Assembly (NCBI GenBank): GCA_024277355.1
Contig: JAJRVL010000005.1
Coordinates: 1 to 32,000 of the forward strand
Source of the DNA: an archaeon
GTDB taxonomy: Archaea; Iainarchaeota; Iainarchaeia; Iainarchaeales; 1-14-0-10-31-34
Direction of reading: 5' to 3'
DNA length: 32,000 bases
Of this stretch, positions 1 through 9,778 are shown piece by piece; the first letter of the stretch is position 1; the number at the start of each line of letters is the position of its first letter. The position numbers and the translations under genes were made by a program. The notes under the pieces are model-generated. The model ran no database searches. It had not been told where the DNA came from and saw nothing but the letters and a program-made list of their open reading frames with translations.

Positions 1-2
1 AG

Positions 3-323
3 GACAATGTAGACATTGAGGAATTTTTAAACAATCTTGATGTAGAAGAAGAAACAATGGTTGAAGATGCAGATGCTTATGTTAAACCAGTTTCTTTATT
101 AAACGATGAAGATACAACTATGGCAATAGATGAATTAAGAAAAGGAAACATTCTTTTGTTGAATATTGGAGACATGTCAAAAAGAAATGCAATTAAATTA
201 AGGGAAATGGTTAAGAGCATTAAAGGCGTTGTAGACGAAATTAACGGGGACATTGCAAGAATTTCAACTGAAAGAATTTTAGTTACTCCGTCAAAAGTTA
301 AAATTATTAAAAGAAAAGAATAG
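3..323 (+). CDS. sepF: Cell division protein SepF, partial (frame open to the window start; DNVDIEEFLNNLDVEEETMVEDADAYVKP...)
   Basis: Protein contains LRKGNILLLNIGDMSKRNAIKLREMVKSIKGVVDEINGDIARISTERILVTPSKVKI, typical of archaeal SepF; frame stays open upstream of the listed ATG at 57. Confidence 0.85.
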   Translation, partial: DNVDIEEFLNNLDVEEETMVEDADAYVKPVSLLNDEDTTMAIDELRKGNILLLNIGDMSKRNAIKLREMVKSIKGVVDEINGDIARISTERILVTPSKVKIIKRKE

Positions 324-332
324 TTCTTTTAT

Positions 333-1082
333 ATGAAATTAAAAGAAAAATCCTTTCCTTTATCTTTTTCTTTACAAGAAACAACAGATTTTATTAAAGA
401 TACAATTCAGCAAAAAAACTGGGAAAACTTTGAAGTAATTGAAGTAAAATTAGTTTTTGTGCCTTTTTATTTTTTTTCTTTTGAAGGATTTTTTGAAGAA
501 GAAGGAAAAGTTTCTGAAACAGTAAATGGAAAAACAGCCTTAAATGGAATGACATCTGAATTAGAGGAAGTTTCTGTTCCAGAAGAAAGTGAATTAACTG
601 ATGAAATAAAAGAAATTCCATCTAATATTCCTTTTACTGAATTAAAATTTGAGTTAACTGAAAAAGTAGAACAGATTATTCAAATTAAAGTTGCAGCAAA
701 CTTAAAGACAGCAAAAGATAATGTAATAATTCATTCAATGAAAAAAGTTTTGTTTCCAGTCTGGGTAATTGATTTTGCAGTTGGAGAACAAACCTTCCAG
801 TTTAAGGTTTCTGGAACAGACGGGCAGGTTATTTCAGAAGAAGAAATTCCTGAAAGAGAATTAGGTTTCTGGGAAATTACTTATGAAACATTAAATGAAC
901 TGCAGTCTCCTGATGCTTGGGTAAAATATACTACTTCAATTATTTCTGATACAACAAATTTTGTTGCAGAAAACACAACAAGGAACCTAATTGAAAATTT
1001 TATGAATAACACTCGTTTCCAGATTTTTGTTTTATTAATAATTTTAATTTTAGTTGTATTGTGGAATTACGGAGTAATTTAA
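333..1082 (+). CDS. Hypothetical protein with C-terminal transmembrane anchor
   Basis: 249-aa ORF; C-terminal helix FQIFVLLIILILVVLWNYGVI; soluble N-terminal part without a family I recognise. Confidence 0.7.
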   Translation: MKLKEKSFPLSFSLQETTDFIKDTIQQKNWENFEVIEVKLVFVPFYFFSFEGFFEEEGKVSETVNGKTALNGMTSELEEVSVPEESELTDEIKEIPSNIPFTELKFELTEKVEQIIQIKVAANLKTAKDNVIIHSMKKVLFPVWVIDFAVGEQTFQFKVSGTDGQVISEEEIPERELGFWEITYETLNELQSPDAWVKYTTSIISDTTNFVAENTTRNLIENFMNNTRFQIFVLLIILILVVLWNYGVI

Positions 1083-1083
1083 T

Positions 1084-4000
1084 TTACAAATATTCATACA
1101 AAGATTTCTGCTGAACTTTATCATTTTTGAATACAGAATTAATTTCTTTTTCTGCTAACTCAATTCTCTGCTTTAAGTAATCACTTAATTCATATTCATT
1201 AATCATATTTTTTGCTATATTAAGATATTTTTTAACTGAACCTTCAGATATTGTAAGAATTAATTTTCCTTTGCATTTTTTGCAGTTTCCTGTTAATGGA
1301 ACTCTTCGGTATTTTGAACCACAGGAAGTACAACGAAAATTCTGTTTAGAAAAAGCTCTTGTATTTCCAATTATGTCAGGAACAAAATGAGACACAATAA
1401 CTCTTTCTAATGCATCTTTTTCTTCTACTGCTTTAATTTTATGCTGTAATTTTGCTTGTCTTCTTATTTTGTCTTCCATGGTTTTTAATTGAACATACAT
1501 TGATTGTTTTGGTCCTTCATCAAATTGTTCTGTGTCATGAGTAAACATTAAACCTGAATATTGTCCTGTTTTTCCTAATTTATTTTTTGTTATAGGAACA
1601 ATATCTAAATTTGATTCAGAATAATCTAATGTTTTATAATAAAATTCCAAAGGATACTTTGAAACTGTTTCCATTTCATACACTTCGTTGTCTATTTCAG
1701 AAGGGTTTAATATTGTAGTAAAAACTAATGGAGCATCCATTCTTCCGCCTCTTGAACTAGGCAGATAATGTTCAGAAAAATTAAGTAATGCATCCATTAA
1801 CAATACAATTGAATCCTGATCTCCGTCGCAGTTTCTTCTCTTACATGCAACAAAATAAGGATGGCTCCACCCAACTCTTGCTTTGCTGTAACCTAAAATT
1901 CTCCCTACAATTGCAGCTGAAGTGTGAGGAGCTAAACCAATAACTATTTCTCCAATTAATTCTTCTTTTGTTTTAACATTATAAAATGCTTTTAATCCAT
2001 AAAATTTTTCCAGTAATTCATCAATAAACGCAGTAACTTTCAACAGCCAGGTCCCTGCATTTTCATTTACTATTATGTCTTGCGGGAAAATTTCTATTGT
2101 TTGTTTTTCTGAAGTAATTTCTTTCCCATAAATGTCTTTTGCATAACCTAATTCTTTTACTTTTTCAATGCTTAAATTAAGTTCTTTTGGAGTAAAATGA
2201 GTTATTGGTGCATTAAGCAATTCAAATCTTGATGTTGCATCTCTGAAAATATGGACATTATGTTTTGCTCTTAAAATTGCTTTTTCTATTGGTTCCGGCT
2301 CTTTCAAGTCTGAAATTAATCCTTTTACTCCTTTAACTAATTCAGGCATTCTGACATTTAATTTTTTTAATCCTGAATTCACTGTTTCTTCTAAATTAAT
2401 TTCTCTTTCTTCTGATTTAATCATTTTTCCTTTGCATTGCTTGCATTGAATTTCATTTTCTTTTCCTATCCAGGAACATTTAATGCATTTGCTTACTCTT
2501 AAAGTATGCATATTGCATTTATTGCAGCTGGAAAAAGGAATTATTCTGGTGCATTTAGGACAACGAAATAAAGCTAAGTCAGTCTTTAATTTTTTGTTTG
2601 CAGCATTTAATGCAGTTATTGCTTTATTTATGCTTCTGGTATTGCTTCCGTAATTTCCTATTGGAAATAATCCATGCGGGTTTCCTTTCATTTCTCTTTC
2701 TTTAGCTTGTTCTGGTCTTCCCATTCTTGCTCCAACAAATGAAGCGCCTTTATCTTTTATTTTTATTCCTGAAAATTCTGTTAATAAATCCAAAACATTT
2801 TTTTCTTTTAGTTCTTCTTCAATTAATTCTTTTGGACTCAATGCACCTAAAGTTTTAAGCAAAGGATAAGCAGAATTTTCTATTATTATTTTGTTGTTTT
2901 TAATTAAATGAGGCAAACCAATTTTTTCCATTAATTCTTTTGTTTCATTTGTTAACTCAAATTTCGCGCCAATAATTTTATCTTTTTCAAATACTTTTTC
3001 TGCTTTTCTTGCCTGTTTCATTAATTTAATTATTTCTTCTGTGTTTAATGCAGTGTAATAATGCAAATATTTTGGATGCAATGGAACATCTAACTGCATA
3101 CTTAATTCAACAGCCATAAAGCAGTCAATTTTATTTATGTCTGAAATTTCATTTTCTTTTATTCCTTCAATTTTTTTTTCTTTTAAAGCTTTATTTAATT
3201 CTAATTCAAACCATTCTTCAACAAAAGAACTTGGAATTAATGGGTGAGAAGTTTTTCTAAAATCACCCACAGTTACTAAAATATCTCCTAAAAACAAAAT
3301 TTTTTCTATTTGAGGTTTTATTTTTTTTGCTTGTTCAACTGAATTAGGTTTAATTACATCTCCATTTTTTAGTTTAACTATTGGTCCTTCAATTGTCTCA
3401 CAAGGAAACAATTGTGCGGCTTTTCCTGGCCGTTCAATCCTTATATGTGTGCCTACTGCAATAAATTCATCTAATACAACCATTGTTGCAGGATTAATCC
3501 CTTTAGCCATTATTCCAGTGTTTCTTCCTCTTCCATATCTTAACCTAAATCCGCCGTATTTCATTGGATAAGCAAGCAAAGGCCTTCCTGCAGCTAATCT
3601 GTCTAAATACTTATAGTTTGGTTTTATTTCTGTTTTTGTTTCAGAACTTTTTTTTACTTTAATTATTTTTTCCAGCCAACTCCAGTCTAATTCCAGTTTT
3701 TTTGCCCAGTCCATTATTTTCATTGCTTTTAATGCAACTCCTTCAGTTATAACTAAACCCATTCCTCCTCTGATTCTGTTGGAAGGAATTCTTTCTATGT
3801 CTCTGTGAACTGAAACTTCTTTTTCTTCTGTCGGCACTCCATTAATACAAACTGGACATCCCCTTACAATAGTTCTTATTTCATCTTCTGTTATAGTGTA
3901 TTGTCTTGAAAAAATTTCTGTTTGATAAATCATTATTTCTTCAACATATCTTTCAACTTCTTCTTTTGTTGGATTATATCTGTCTAATTCAAGCAATTTT

Positions 4001-4506
4001 CTTGCATAATCTCCTAAAATTAAAGGCAATACAGTAGAAGAACCTCCTGCTGCTCTAATCGGTCCTGCAAAATAAATGTCAATATATTTTGTTCCATCAG
4101 GATTTTTGTTTATTTCAACTTTAGGAACTCCATCTAATGGTGCGACAACAACTCCTTCGGTTTCAATTACTAAACAGGTTTTTATTGCCTGTTCAACTCT
4201 TTTTGCTTCATCTGGAATTTCGCACCATTTTTGTTCAATTATTTCTTTGCATATTTTAAATATTATTTTTAGTCTGTCTCCTTTTAGTTCTTCAACTAAT
4301 TCTCTGTATCTTTTAGCTACTCCTTTTGGGCCTATAATGCTTTCTGCTCTTTCAGCTAAATCTAACACTGGAACACATTCAACTTTATCACTTAAATCTA
4401 ATCCTTTTTCTCTTGCTTTTCTTGCAAGTTCATATCTTTCTTTTACTTTTTCAGTAAGCAATTCAAAGTAATTTTGTATTTCAGGGATTGCTTTTAGTTC
4501 TTTCAT
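1084..4506 (-). CDS. polC: DNA polymerase II (family D) large subunit DP2
   Basis: 1140 aa; GPIRAAGGSSTVLPLILGDYARK, DGDQDSIVLLMDALLNFSEHYLPSSRGGRMDAPLV, paired CxxC zinc motifs; no intein. Confidence 0.97.
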   Translation of the reverse strand: MKELKAIPEIQNYFELLTEKVKERYELARKAREKGLDLSDKVECVPVLDLAERAESIIGPKGVAKRYRELVEELKGDRLKIIFKICKEIIEQKWCEIPDEAKRVEQAIKTCLVIETEGVVVAPLDGVPKVEINKNPDGTKYIDIYFAGPIRAAGGSSTVLPLILGDYARKLLELDRYNPTKEEVERYVEEIMIYQTEIFSRQYTITEDEIRTIVRGCPVCINGVPTEEKEVSVHRDIERIPSNRIRGGMGLVITEGVALKAMKIMDWAKKLELDWSWLEKIIKVKKSSETKTEIKPNYKYLDRLAAGRPLLAYPMKYGGFRLRYGRGRNTGIMAKGINPATMVVLDEFIAVGTHIRIERPGKAAQLFPCETIEGPIVKLKNGDVIKPNSVEQAKKIKPQIEKILFLGDILVTVGDFRKTSHPLIPSSFVEEWFELELNKALKEKKIEGIKENEISDINKIDCFMAVELSMQLDVPLHPKYLHYYTALNTEEIIKLMKQARKAEKVFEKDKIIGAKFELTNETKELMEKIGLPHLIKNNKIIIENSAYPLLKTLGALSPKELIEEELKEKNVLDLLTEFSGIKIKDKGASFVGARMGRPEQAKEREMKGNPHGLFPIGNYGSNTRSINKAITALNAANKKLKTDLALFRCPKCTRIIPFSSCNKCNMHTLRVSKCIKCSWIGKENEIQCKQCKGKMIKSEEREINLEETVNSGLKKLNVRMPELVKGVKGLISDLKEPEPIEKAILRAKHNVHIFRDATSRFELLNAPITHFTPKELNLSIEKVKELGYAKDIYGKEITSEKQTIEIFPQDIIVNENAGTWLLKVTAFIDELLEKFYGLKAFYNVKTKEELIGEIVIGLAPHTSAAIVGRILGYSKARVGWSHPYFVACKRRNCDGDQDSIVLLMDALLNFSEHYLPSSRGGRMDAPLVFTTILNPSEIDNEVYEMETVSKYPLEFYYKTLDYSESNLDIVPITKNKLGKTGQYSGLMFTHDTEQFDEGPKQSMYVQLKTMEDKIRRQAKLQHKIKAVEEKDALERVIVSHFVPDIIGNTRAFSKQNFRCTSCGSKYRRVPLTGNCKKCKGKLILTISEGSVKKYLNIAKNMINEYELSDYLKQRIELAEKEINSVFKNDKVQQKSLYEYL

Positions 4507-4508
4507 TT

Positions 4509-6026
4509 TTATTCACTTTCTTTTTCAGTTATTTTTTCTTCTTTATAGAAATCTTTTTCAAATATTTTTCCTGTTTTTAATTCAACCATTATTGCAATTC
4601 CAGGAGTAGGAATATGTCCTTGCTGAACTTGGAAATCAGTTCTTGCCTGAAAAGTTCCGCAACTAATTATTCTTGTTCCTCTATACATTGCAAAAGAATT
4701 ATTATGCAAGTCTCCGCCTAAATAAATATCAGGAATTTCTTTGATTACCATATAATTATTTTTTTCAGGAATATAAGGTCTTTTTAACCCATAAACAGGC
4801 ATTAAATCTCTTTTTTTAATTAATTCTTCTATTGCTTTAGCTTGATTACTATAACTTAAAAAACTTACACTTGAATATAAGTCGTGCAATGCAGGACCAT
4901 GATAAAACAATACTTTTAATCCTTCTATTTCAGCCCATCCAGGAGAACTTAAAAAATGAAAGTTTTTTTTGTCATATAATTCTTTTACAAATTCTTTTGG
5001 AATAGCAGGCTGAGGGTCAGCATATCTTACTGCATCATGCTGTCCTGGAATAATAAATACTTCAATATAATCAGGTATTTGTTTTACTAATTCAACAAAT
5101 TTTTCATACTGCTTTCTTATGTCTTTAATGCTTAATTCTTTGAATTGAGATGGATAAACTCCAATTCCATCAACATTATCTCCTAAAATACATAAATATT
5201 TAATTTTGTTTATTATTTCTTTTTCTTTTTCATTTTCAGTGTTTCCTTTAAGCCATGAAACAAATTTTTGAAATGAATCCTCTAAAAACAATTTGCTTCC
5301 AACATGCAAATCTGAAATACATGCTATAAACACATCTCTTTCGCTTCCTTTAAATCCTCTTACAGGCAGTTCAGGAAAAATTACTTCTTTGATTATTACC
5401 ATTGATTCATTTCCTTTTACTGCTTTTAATCCAATTACATTATCTAAAAGAATTCTTTCGCTTTCTTTCATTAATTTTATGTCATCTTTAAGGATTATTC
5501 CAATGCAGTCTCCTTCTAAGTCTTCTAATTTAAATGCAATATGCCCGTTTTTGGTTTTCCATTTTTCAGCCACCATTACAATTAATTCAACTTCGTTGTT
5601 TTTTGAAACAGTTTTTAGTTTGCTTAAAGGTTTATTCTGCATTCCTCTTTCTTTAAGCATTTTTTCTATTGAAAAAAATTTATCTCTGAAGAATTCAACA
5701 AAATCTTTTATTTTTCCTTCAGAACAAGACTGATTAGTTACATTTAATTCTTCTAAAATTCTGTAATTGCTTTCTATTTCTTCTGCTTTAGGAGAAAAAT
5801 TTTTTACTTTAATTTCTTCTTTTTTTTCCTGTGGAAGTTTAGTTGACTCTAAAACAATTTTTTCTTCAATTATTTTTTTTGTTATTACAAAAACGTCTTT
5901 TTTCAGTATTTCTTCAATAATTGTTTTGTAGTTAATTTCTTGTTCTATAATTAAGTTAACCGCAGAATATTCTATTACTGCGTTTTTTTCTGATACAAAA
6001 TCAATTATTTCTTTTTTTTCAGGCAT
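4509..6026 (-). CDS. polB: DNA polymerase II (family D) small subunit DP1, calcineurin-like phosphoesterase fold
   Basis: 505 aa; ISDLHVGSKLF, CILGDNVDGIGVYP, IPGQHDAVR, GGDLHNNSFAMYRGTRIISCGTFQARTDFQ; directly upstream of DP2. Confidence 0.95.
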   Translation of the reverse strand: MPEKKEIIDFVSEKNAVIEYSAVNLIIEQEINYKTIIEEILKKDVFVITKKIIEEKIVLESTKLPQEKKEEIKVKNFSPKAEEIESNYRILEELNVTNQSCSEGKIKDFVEFFRDKFFSIEKMLKERGMQNKPLSKLKTVSKNNEVELIVMVAEKWKTKNGHIAFKLEDLEGDCIGIILKDDIKLMKESERILLDNVIGLKAVKGNESMVIIKEVIFPELPVRGFKGSERDVFIACISDLHVGSKLFLEDSFQKFVSWLKGNTENEKEKEIINKIKYLCILGDNVDGIGVYPSQFKELSIKDIRKQYEKFVELVKQIPDYIEVFIIPGQHDAVRYADPQPAIPKEFVKELYDKKNFHFLSSPGWAEIEGLKVLFYHGPALHDLYSSVSFLSYSNQAKAIEELIKKRDLMPVYGLKRPYIPEKNNYMVIKEIPDIYLGGDLHNNSFAMYRGTRIISCGTFQARTDFQVQQGHIPTPGIAIMVELKTGKIFEKDFYKEEKITEKESE

Positions 6027-6030
6027 CTAA

Positions 6031-6306
6031 TTACTTTGTTTTTTCTTTTAAGTTTTCTAATTCACTTATTATTGTCCAGATTTCTGTTCTTGCGTGCTGA
6101 GGCATATTAATATCTTTGCTTATGTCGTCCAGCATATAAATTGCAGAACTGACATTTACGCCTAATTCTTCTGTTTTTTCTATTTTAATTTTTGCTTCTT
6201 CTACGACTTTTCTGATGTTTCTTGGAACAGAAGTGTCATGAGCTAATGCATCCATTAATTCAGATAGATAACTTGTGTCTGTTTCTTTTTTTTTCATGTA
6301 AAACAC
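6031..6306 (-). CDS. UPF0147 family protein
   Basis: 91 aa; LMDALAHDTSVPRNIRKVVEEAKIKI...NMPQHARTEIWTIISELE pattern of the archaeal UPF0147 family. Confidence 0.8.
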   Translation of the reverse strand: MFYMKKKETDTSYLSELMDALAHDTSVPRNIRKVVEEAKIKIEKTEELGVNVSSAIYMLDDISKDINMPQHARTEIWTIISELENLKEKTK

Positions 6307-6419
6307 TCCTAAAAATAGTTTAGCTTATGAATTACATTTGAAGGGAAATTAATTTAAAGTCAATTTCCTGTAAAACCAAAAACCAAACAATTAAAAATTA
6401 AATAATCCTTTCTTATAAA

Positions 6420-7580
6420 ATGAAGAAATTAGTTTTATTTTTGTTTTTTTTGATTGTGTCTGTTTCAACAGTTTTTGCTTATCCTGAATGTTTAGATATA
6501 TCGGCTTTACAGATTAATGCTCCTGCTGATGATTATACTTTAGCTCAGGGAAGTGAATTTGAATTTTCAATAACTATAACTTCTACTGATCCTTTTGGGC
6601 CAGGATACTGCACTACTAATGCAACTTTTGAGCATGACCAAAGAATTGGTTCTTTTATCAGAATAAAAGATCCTTTATTTGATCCGGGAAACAATGATTT
6701 AAACACTGTTTATTCAAGTTTAATTGCTGTTGATGTTAATTCTGTTGCTTATGGTTATGCAACAATTTTTGTTCAATGCAATACAGCAGGAGATTATCAA
6801 TTAAGATTTTCAGTTACAGGCGGAGGAGGAGTACAAAGCACTCCAGTTACAATCCATTGCCTGTCATCTAACACGCCTCCAAACGGAAATTTCATTAAAC
6901 CGTCTTCTCCTTCTTTTGTTTACGGGTATTCTTACAGAGTTGAATGGGATGCATTTGATGCTGAAGGAGATTCTTTAAGTTATGATATTGAATGGAATGG
7001 CCCTACAAGTGGAACAGATACTACAACAAATAAATATTATGATTTAACAGGCTTATCTTTAGGAGATTATACTTTTGATGTAAATATAAGTGACGGAGTT
7101 AATCCTGAAGTTAAAATTTCAAGCAGTACTTTAACAGTAAAAAAACCATTAAACACTCTTTCAGTTTCAGGTTTAAGCATTACTCCTGAAGTAATTTATG
7201 GAGATGAAGCATTAGATGTAAATTTAACTTTAAGAAACAACTCATCAAATGAAGTTGACATTAATGTTTTGTTTTACAATGATGATTTCCTTCCAAATCC
7301 TGCTCCAAGCAGAGTAATAAATATTGCGCCTTATTCTAAAGCAGATTTTTCAGTTCATCAGGATTTTTCTTCTAATAATATTGGTGCAGGAGACTATAAT
7401 GTAAGAATTTATGCAGAAGAATTTTTTTCAGGAACTTCAAATCCAACAGGAAATGTTCTGACTTCTTTTGCAAATTTCACGGTTTTAGCAGACAAAAAAT
7501 CTGTTGCTTTGCCTGAAACAAACTTTTTCTTTGTTTTATTGATTGCTTTGACTGTAATAGGAATAATAAACAGAAAATAA
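6420..7580 (+). CDS. Secreted/surface protein with Ig-like domains and a tripartite C-terminal sorting-like signal (LPET + TM + NRK)
   Basis: N-terminal signal peptide MKKLVLFLFFLIVSVSTVFA; beta-rich repeats; C-terminus ALPETNFFFVLLIALTVIGIINRK. Confidence 0.8.
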   Translation: MKKLVLFLFFLIVSVSTVFAYPECLDISALQINAPADDYTLAQGSEFEFSITITSTDPFGPGYCTTNATFEHDQRIGSFIRIKDPLFDPGNNDLNTVYSSLIAVDVNSVAYGYATIFVQCNTAGDYQLRFSVTGGGGVQSTPVTIHCLSSNTPPNGNFIKPSSPSFVYGYSYRVEWDAFDAEGDSLSYDIEWNGPTSGTDTTTNKYYDLTGLSLGDYTFDVNISDGVNPEVKISSSTLTVKKPLNTLSVSGLSITPEVIYGDEALDVNLTLRNNSSNEVDINVLFYNDDFLPNPAPSRVINIAPYSKADFSVHQDFSSNNIGAGDYNVRIYAEEFFSGTSNPTGNVLTSFANFTVLADKKSVALPETNFFFVLLIALTVIGIINRK

Positions 7581-7631
7581 CTTGCCATTAATTTAATTAC
7601 TTTTATTTCAAGTGTTTTTTTAAGTAAAAAA

Positions 7632-8609
7632 CTAAGTCATTTTTTCAATTACTTTTTCTTTTAAGTTTTTGTCTTCTTTTTCTGTAATAATTAATTCAAA
7701 TTCAGAAAATATTTTTTCTCCGTTTTCTGCCTGTTCTTCTGATGCAAGATCTTTTTTATTTAATGCAACAACAATTTTTTTTCCTAATCTTTTTATTTCT
7801 TCAAGTAAATTTTTCTGTTCTTCCAAAGAATAACTTGCTTCGCTTAAATCAACTACAAATAAAATTATTCCTTCTAAATTTTTTAATGCATTAATTGCTT
7901 TTTTTTCAATTAAATTTCTTTCTTCTTCTTTTCTGTCTAATAATCCAGGCGTGTCAATTACCTGCATTTCTTTGTATTTGTCAGTAAAATAACCTAATTC
8001 GATTTTTTTTGTTGTAAAAGGATATGCTGCAATTTCAGGTTTGCTTCCTGTAATTCTTTCCAAAAGAGTTGTTTTGCCTGAATTAGGAAAACCAGCGACA
8101 ATAATTGAAGGAATTATTTTTATTTCAGGAATTTCCCTTAATTTTCTTCCTGTTTCATTTAATTTTTCAACACTTCTTACAACATCTTTTTTCAAAGACA
8201 TCATTCTTCCATAAAAGACTTTTCTTGTTTTTTCAGGGTTGTCGCTTTTTCTCATTGAAGATAAATTCTTTTTTTTCAGGTTTTTCATTACAGTGTTAAG
8301 TTTGTATAAATAACCCAATTCTTTTTTGAATTCTTTTATTTCAATTAAAGCACTTAAAGCTTCTTTTTGGAATTGGTTTAATTGAGATATAACCGGAAAA
8401 GAAGTTATGTAGACTTCTAATTTGTTTGTAATATATTCTCCCATTAAATTTATTTTTGCTTTTTCTTTTGAATAAATTAATCTTTTTTTGTTTCTTATTC
8501 CTGAAATTTTATTTGATTCTTTTCTTGCATAACCCATTGCATTTTCAAATAAATTCTCCGCGTCAAGGAATTTTGGTTTAGGCATCTTCATTTTCTTCAT
8601 TTTTTTCAC
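7632..8609 (-). CDS. Nog1-like GTP-binding protein (Obg/NOG1 family)
   Basis: GFPNSGKTTLLERITGSKPEIAAYPFTTKKIELGYF (G1/G2), DTPGLLD (G3), ALNKKD (G4), NOG1-type N-terminal helical domain. Confidence 0.88.
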   Translation of the reverse strand: MKKMKKMKMPKPKFLDAENLFENAMGYARKESNKISGIRNKKRLIYSKEKAKINLMGEYITNKLEVYITSFPVISQLNQFQKEALSALIEIKEFKKELGYLYKLNTVMKNLKKKNLSSMRKSDNPEKTRKVFYGRMMSLKKDVVRSVEKLNETGRKLREIPEIKIIPSIIVAGFPNSGKTTLLERITGSKPEIAAYPFTTKKIELGYFTDKYKEMQVIDTPGLLDRKEEERNLIEKKAINALKNLEGIILFVVDLSEASYSLEEQKNLLEEIKRLGKKIVVALNKKDLASEEQAENGEKIFSEFELIITEKEDKNLKEKVIEKMT

Positions 8610-8725
8610 TTTTTTTTCTGTCTTTTATTAATTTGCATTAAGTGCATTTTTTAACCAAACCCTTTTGCTTATGAATTTGTTTTTATTCTTTTCTTTTACT
8701 AATTTTATTTCTTATTGGTGTTTTA

Positions 8726-9778
8726 ATGAAATTATTCTCTGGTAATTATAAATTGTATTTAATTGTGCCTTTTATACTTACATTACTTTTTGCGTTTATT
8801 GTTGGAGTTTCTCCTGGAGTAAAACAGGGAATTGACTTAAAAGGCGGAACACAAATTATTATTCGTTCTAATGTTGCTGTTGATTCAGCTGAATTAAAAT
8901 TATTGCTTGAAGAAGAATTTGAATTCATTGATTTAACTGTTAATTCAATTTCCTCTCCTACAAGCAAAGGAGTTAATATTCAATTTGCAGGAGAAAATAC
9001 TTTAATTAAAGCAAAAAAAGAATTAGATTTAGCTAAAGACTTATTTGATTCTAATCCTTCTCAATCTGAAATTCATGCATTAAATTCAATTTCATTGTCT
9101 TCTAAATTTTCTGAAATAAAAGATGAAGAATTAAAAGGAAAGGATTTAATTGAAAAAGCAGATGTAGTTTATTCCAAAGCAAAAGATGATTTTATTGAAA
9201 AAATTAAATCTATTACTGCAATTAATTTTTCTTTGAATTCAGATTTCTTTTTTTCTACTAAAGAAGTTCCTCCTGTTTTAGGAAAAACTTTTTGGGATAA
9301 TGCATTGTTTGTCAGTATTATTGCTTTTATTGGAATAATTATTGTTATCTTTTTCTTTTTCCGTGAATTTGTTCCTTCAATTGCAGTTATTTTTGCAGGA
9401 TTTTTTGATGTATTGACTGCTTTAGCTTTAATGTCTTTAACAGGAATTGCTTTAGGATTAAATTCTATTCCTGCTTTGCTTTTATTAGTTGGTTATAGTG
9501 TTGACACAGACATTCTTCTTACAACCCGTTTACTTAAAAGAAAAGATAAAACTCCAAGAGAAAGAGCAATTGATTCAATGAAAACAGGATTAACTATGAC
9601 TTTTACTACTATTGCTGCTGTTTGTGTAATGTTAATTATGTCTTATTTTTATCAGATTGAAGTAATGTTTAATATTGCTGCAGTAATTTTATTTGGTTTA
9701 ATTGGAGACTTAATTGTTACATGGATGATGAATGCTCCAATATTATTATGGTATGTTGAAAGGAAGCGAAAAGCATGA
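8726..9778 (+). CDS. secF: Protein-export membrane protein SecF
   Basis: GIDLKGGTQIII motif, FPSIAVIFAGFFDVLTALALMSLTG, LLLVGYSVDTDILLTTRLL; overlaps SecD by 4 nt. Confidence 0.92.
   Translation: MKLFSGNYKLYLIVPFILTLLFAFIVGVSPGVKQGIDLKGGTQIIIRSNVAVDSAELKLLLEEEFEFIDLTVNSISSPTSKGVNIQFAGENTLIKAKKELDLAKDLFDSNPSQSEIHALNSISLSSKFSEIKDEELKGKDLIEKADVVYSKAKDDFIEKIKSITAINFSLNSDFFFSTKEVPPVLGKTFWDNALFVSIIAFIGIIIVIFFFFREFVPSIAVIFAGFFDVLTALALMSLTGIALGLNSIPALLLLVGYSVDTDILLTTRLLKRKDKTPRERAIDSMKTGLTMTFTTIAAVCVMLIMSYFYQIEVMFNIAAVILFGLIGDLIVTWMMNAPILLWYVERKRKA

Noticed and set aside
4076-4471. Plus-strand ORFs antisense to DP2, DP1, DnaK, SecF/D, Kae1 and eS24 (and other overlapping ORFs)
   Set aside because: They are low-complexity Ser/Phe/Leu-rich translations opposite strongly supported genes, expected from A-rich coding strands.
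1084-4506. Intein within DNA polymerase D large subunit
   Set aside because: The protein is normal length (1140 aa) and continuous through the catalytic motifs, with no Hint or endonuclease motifs.
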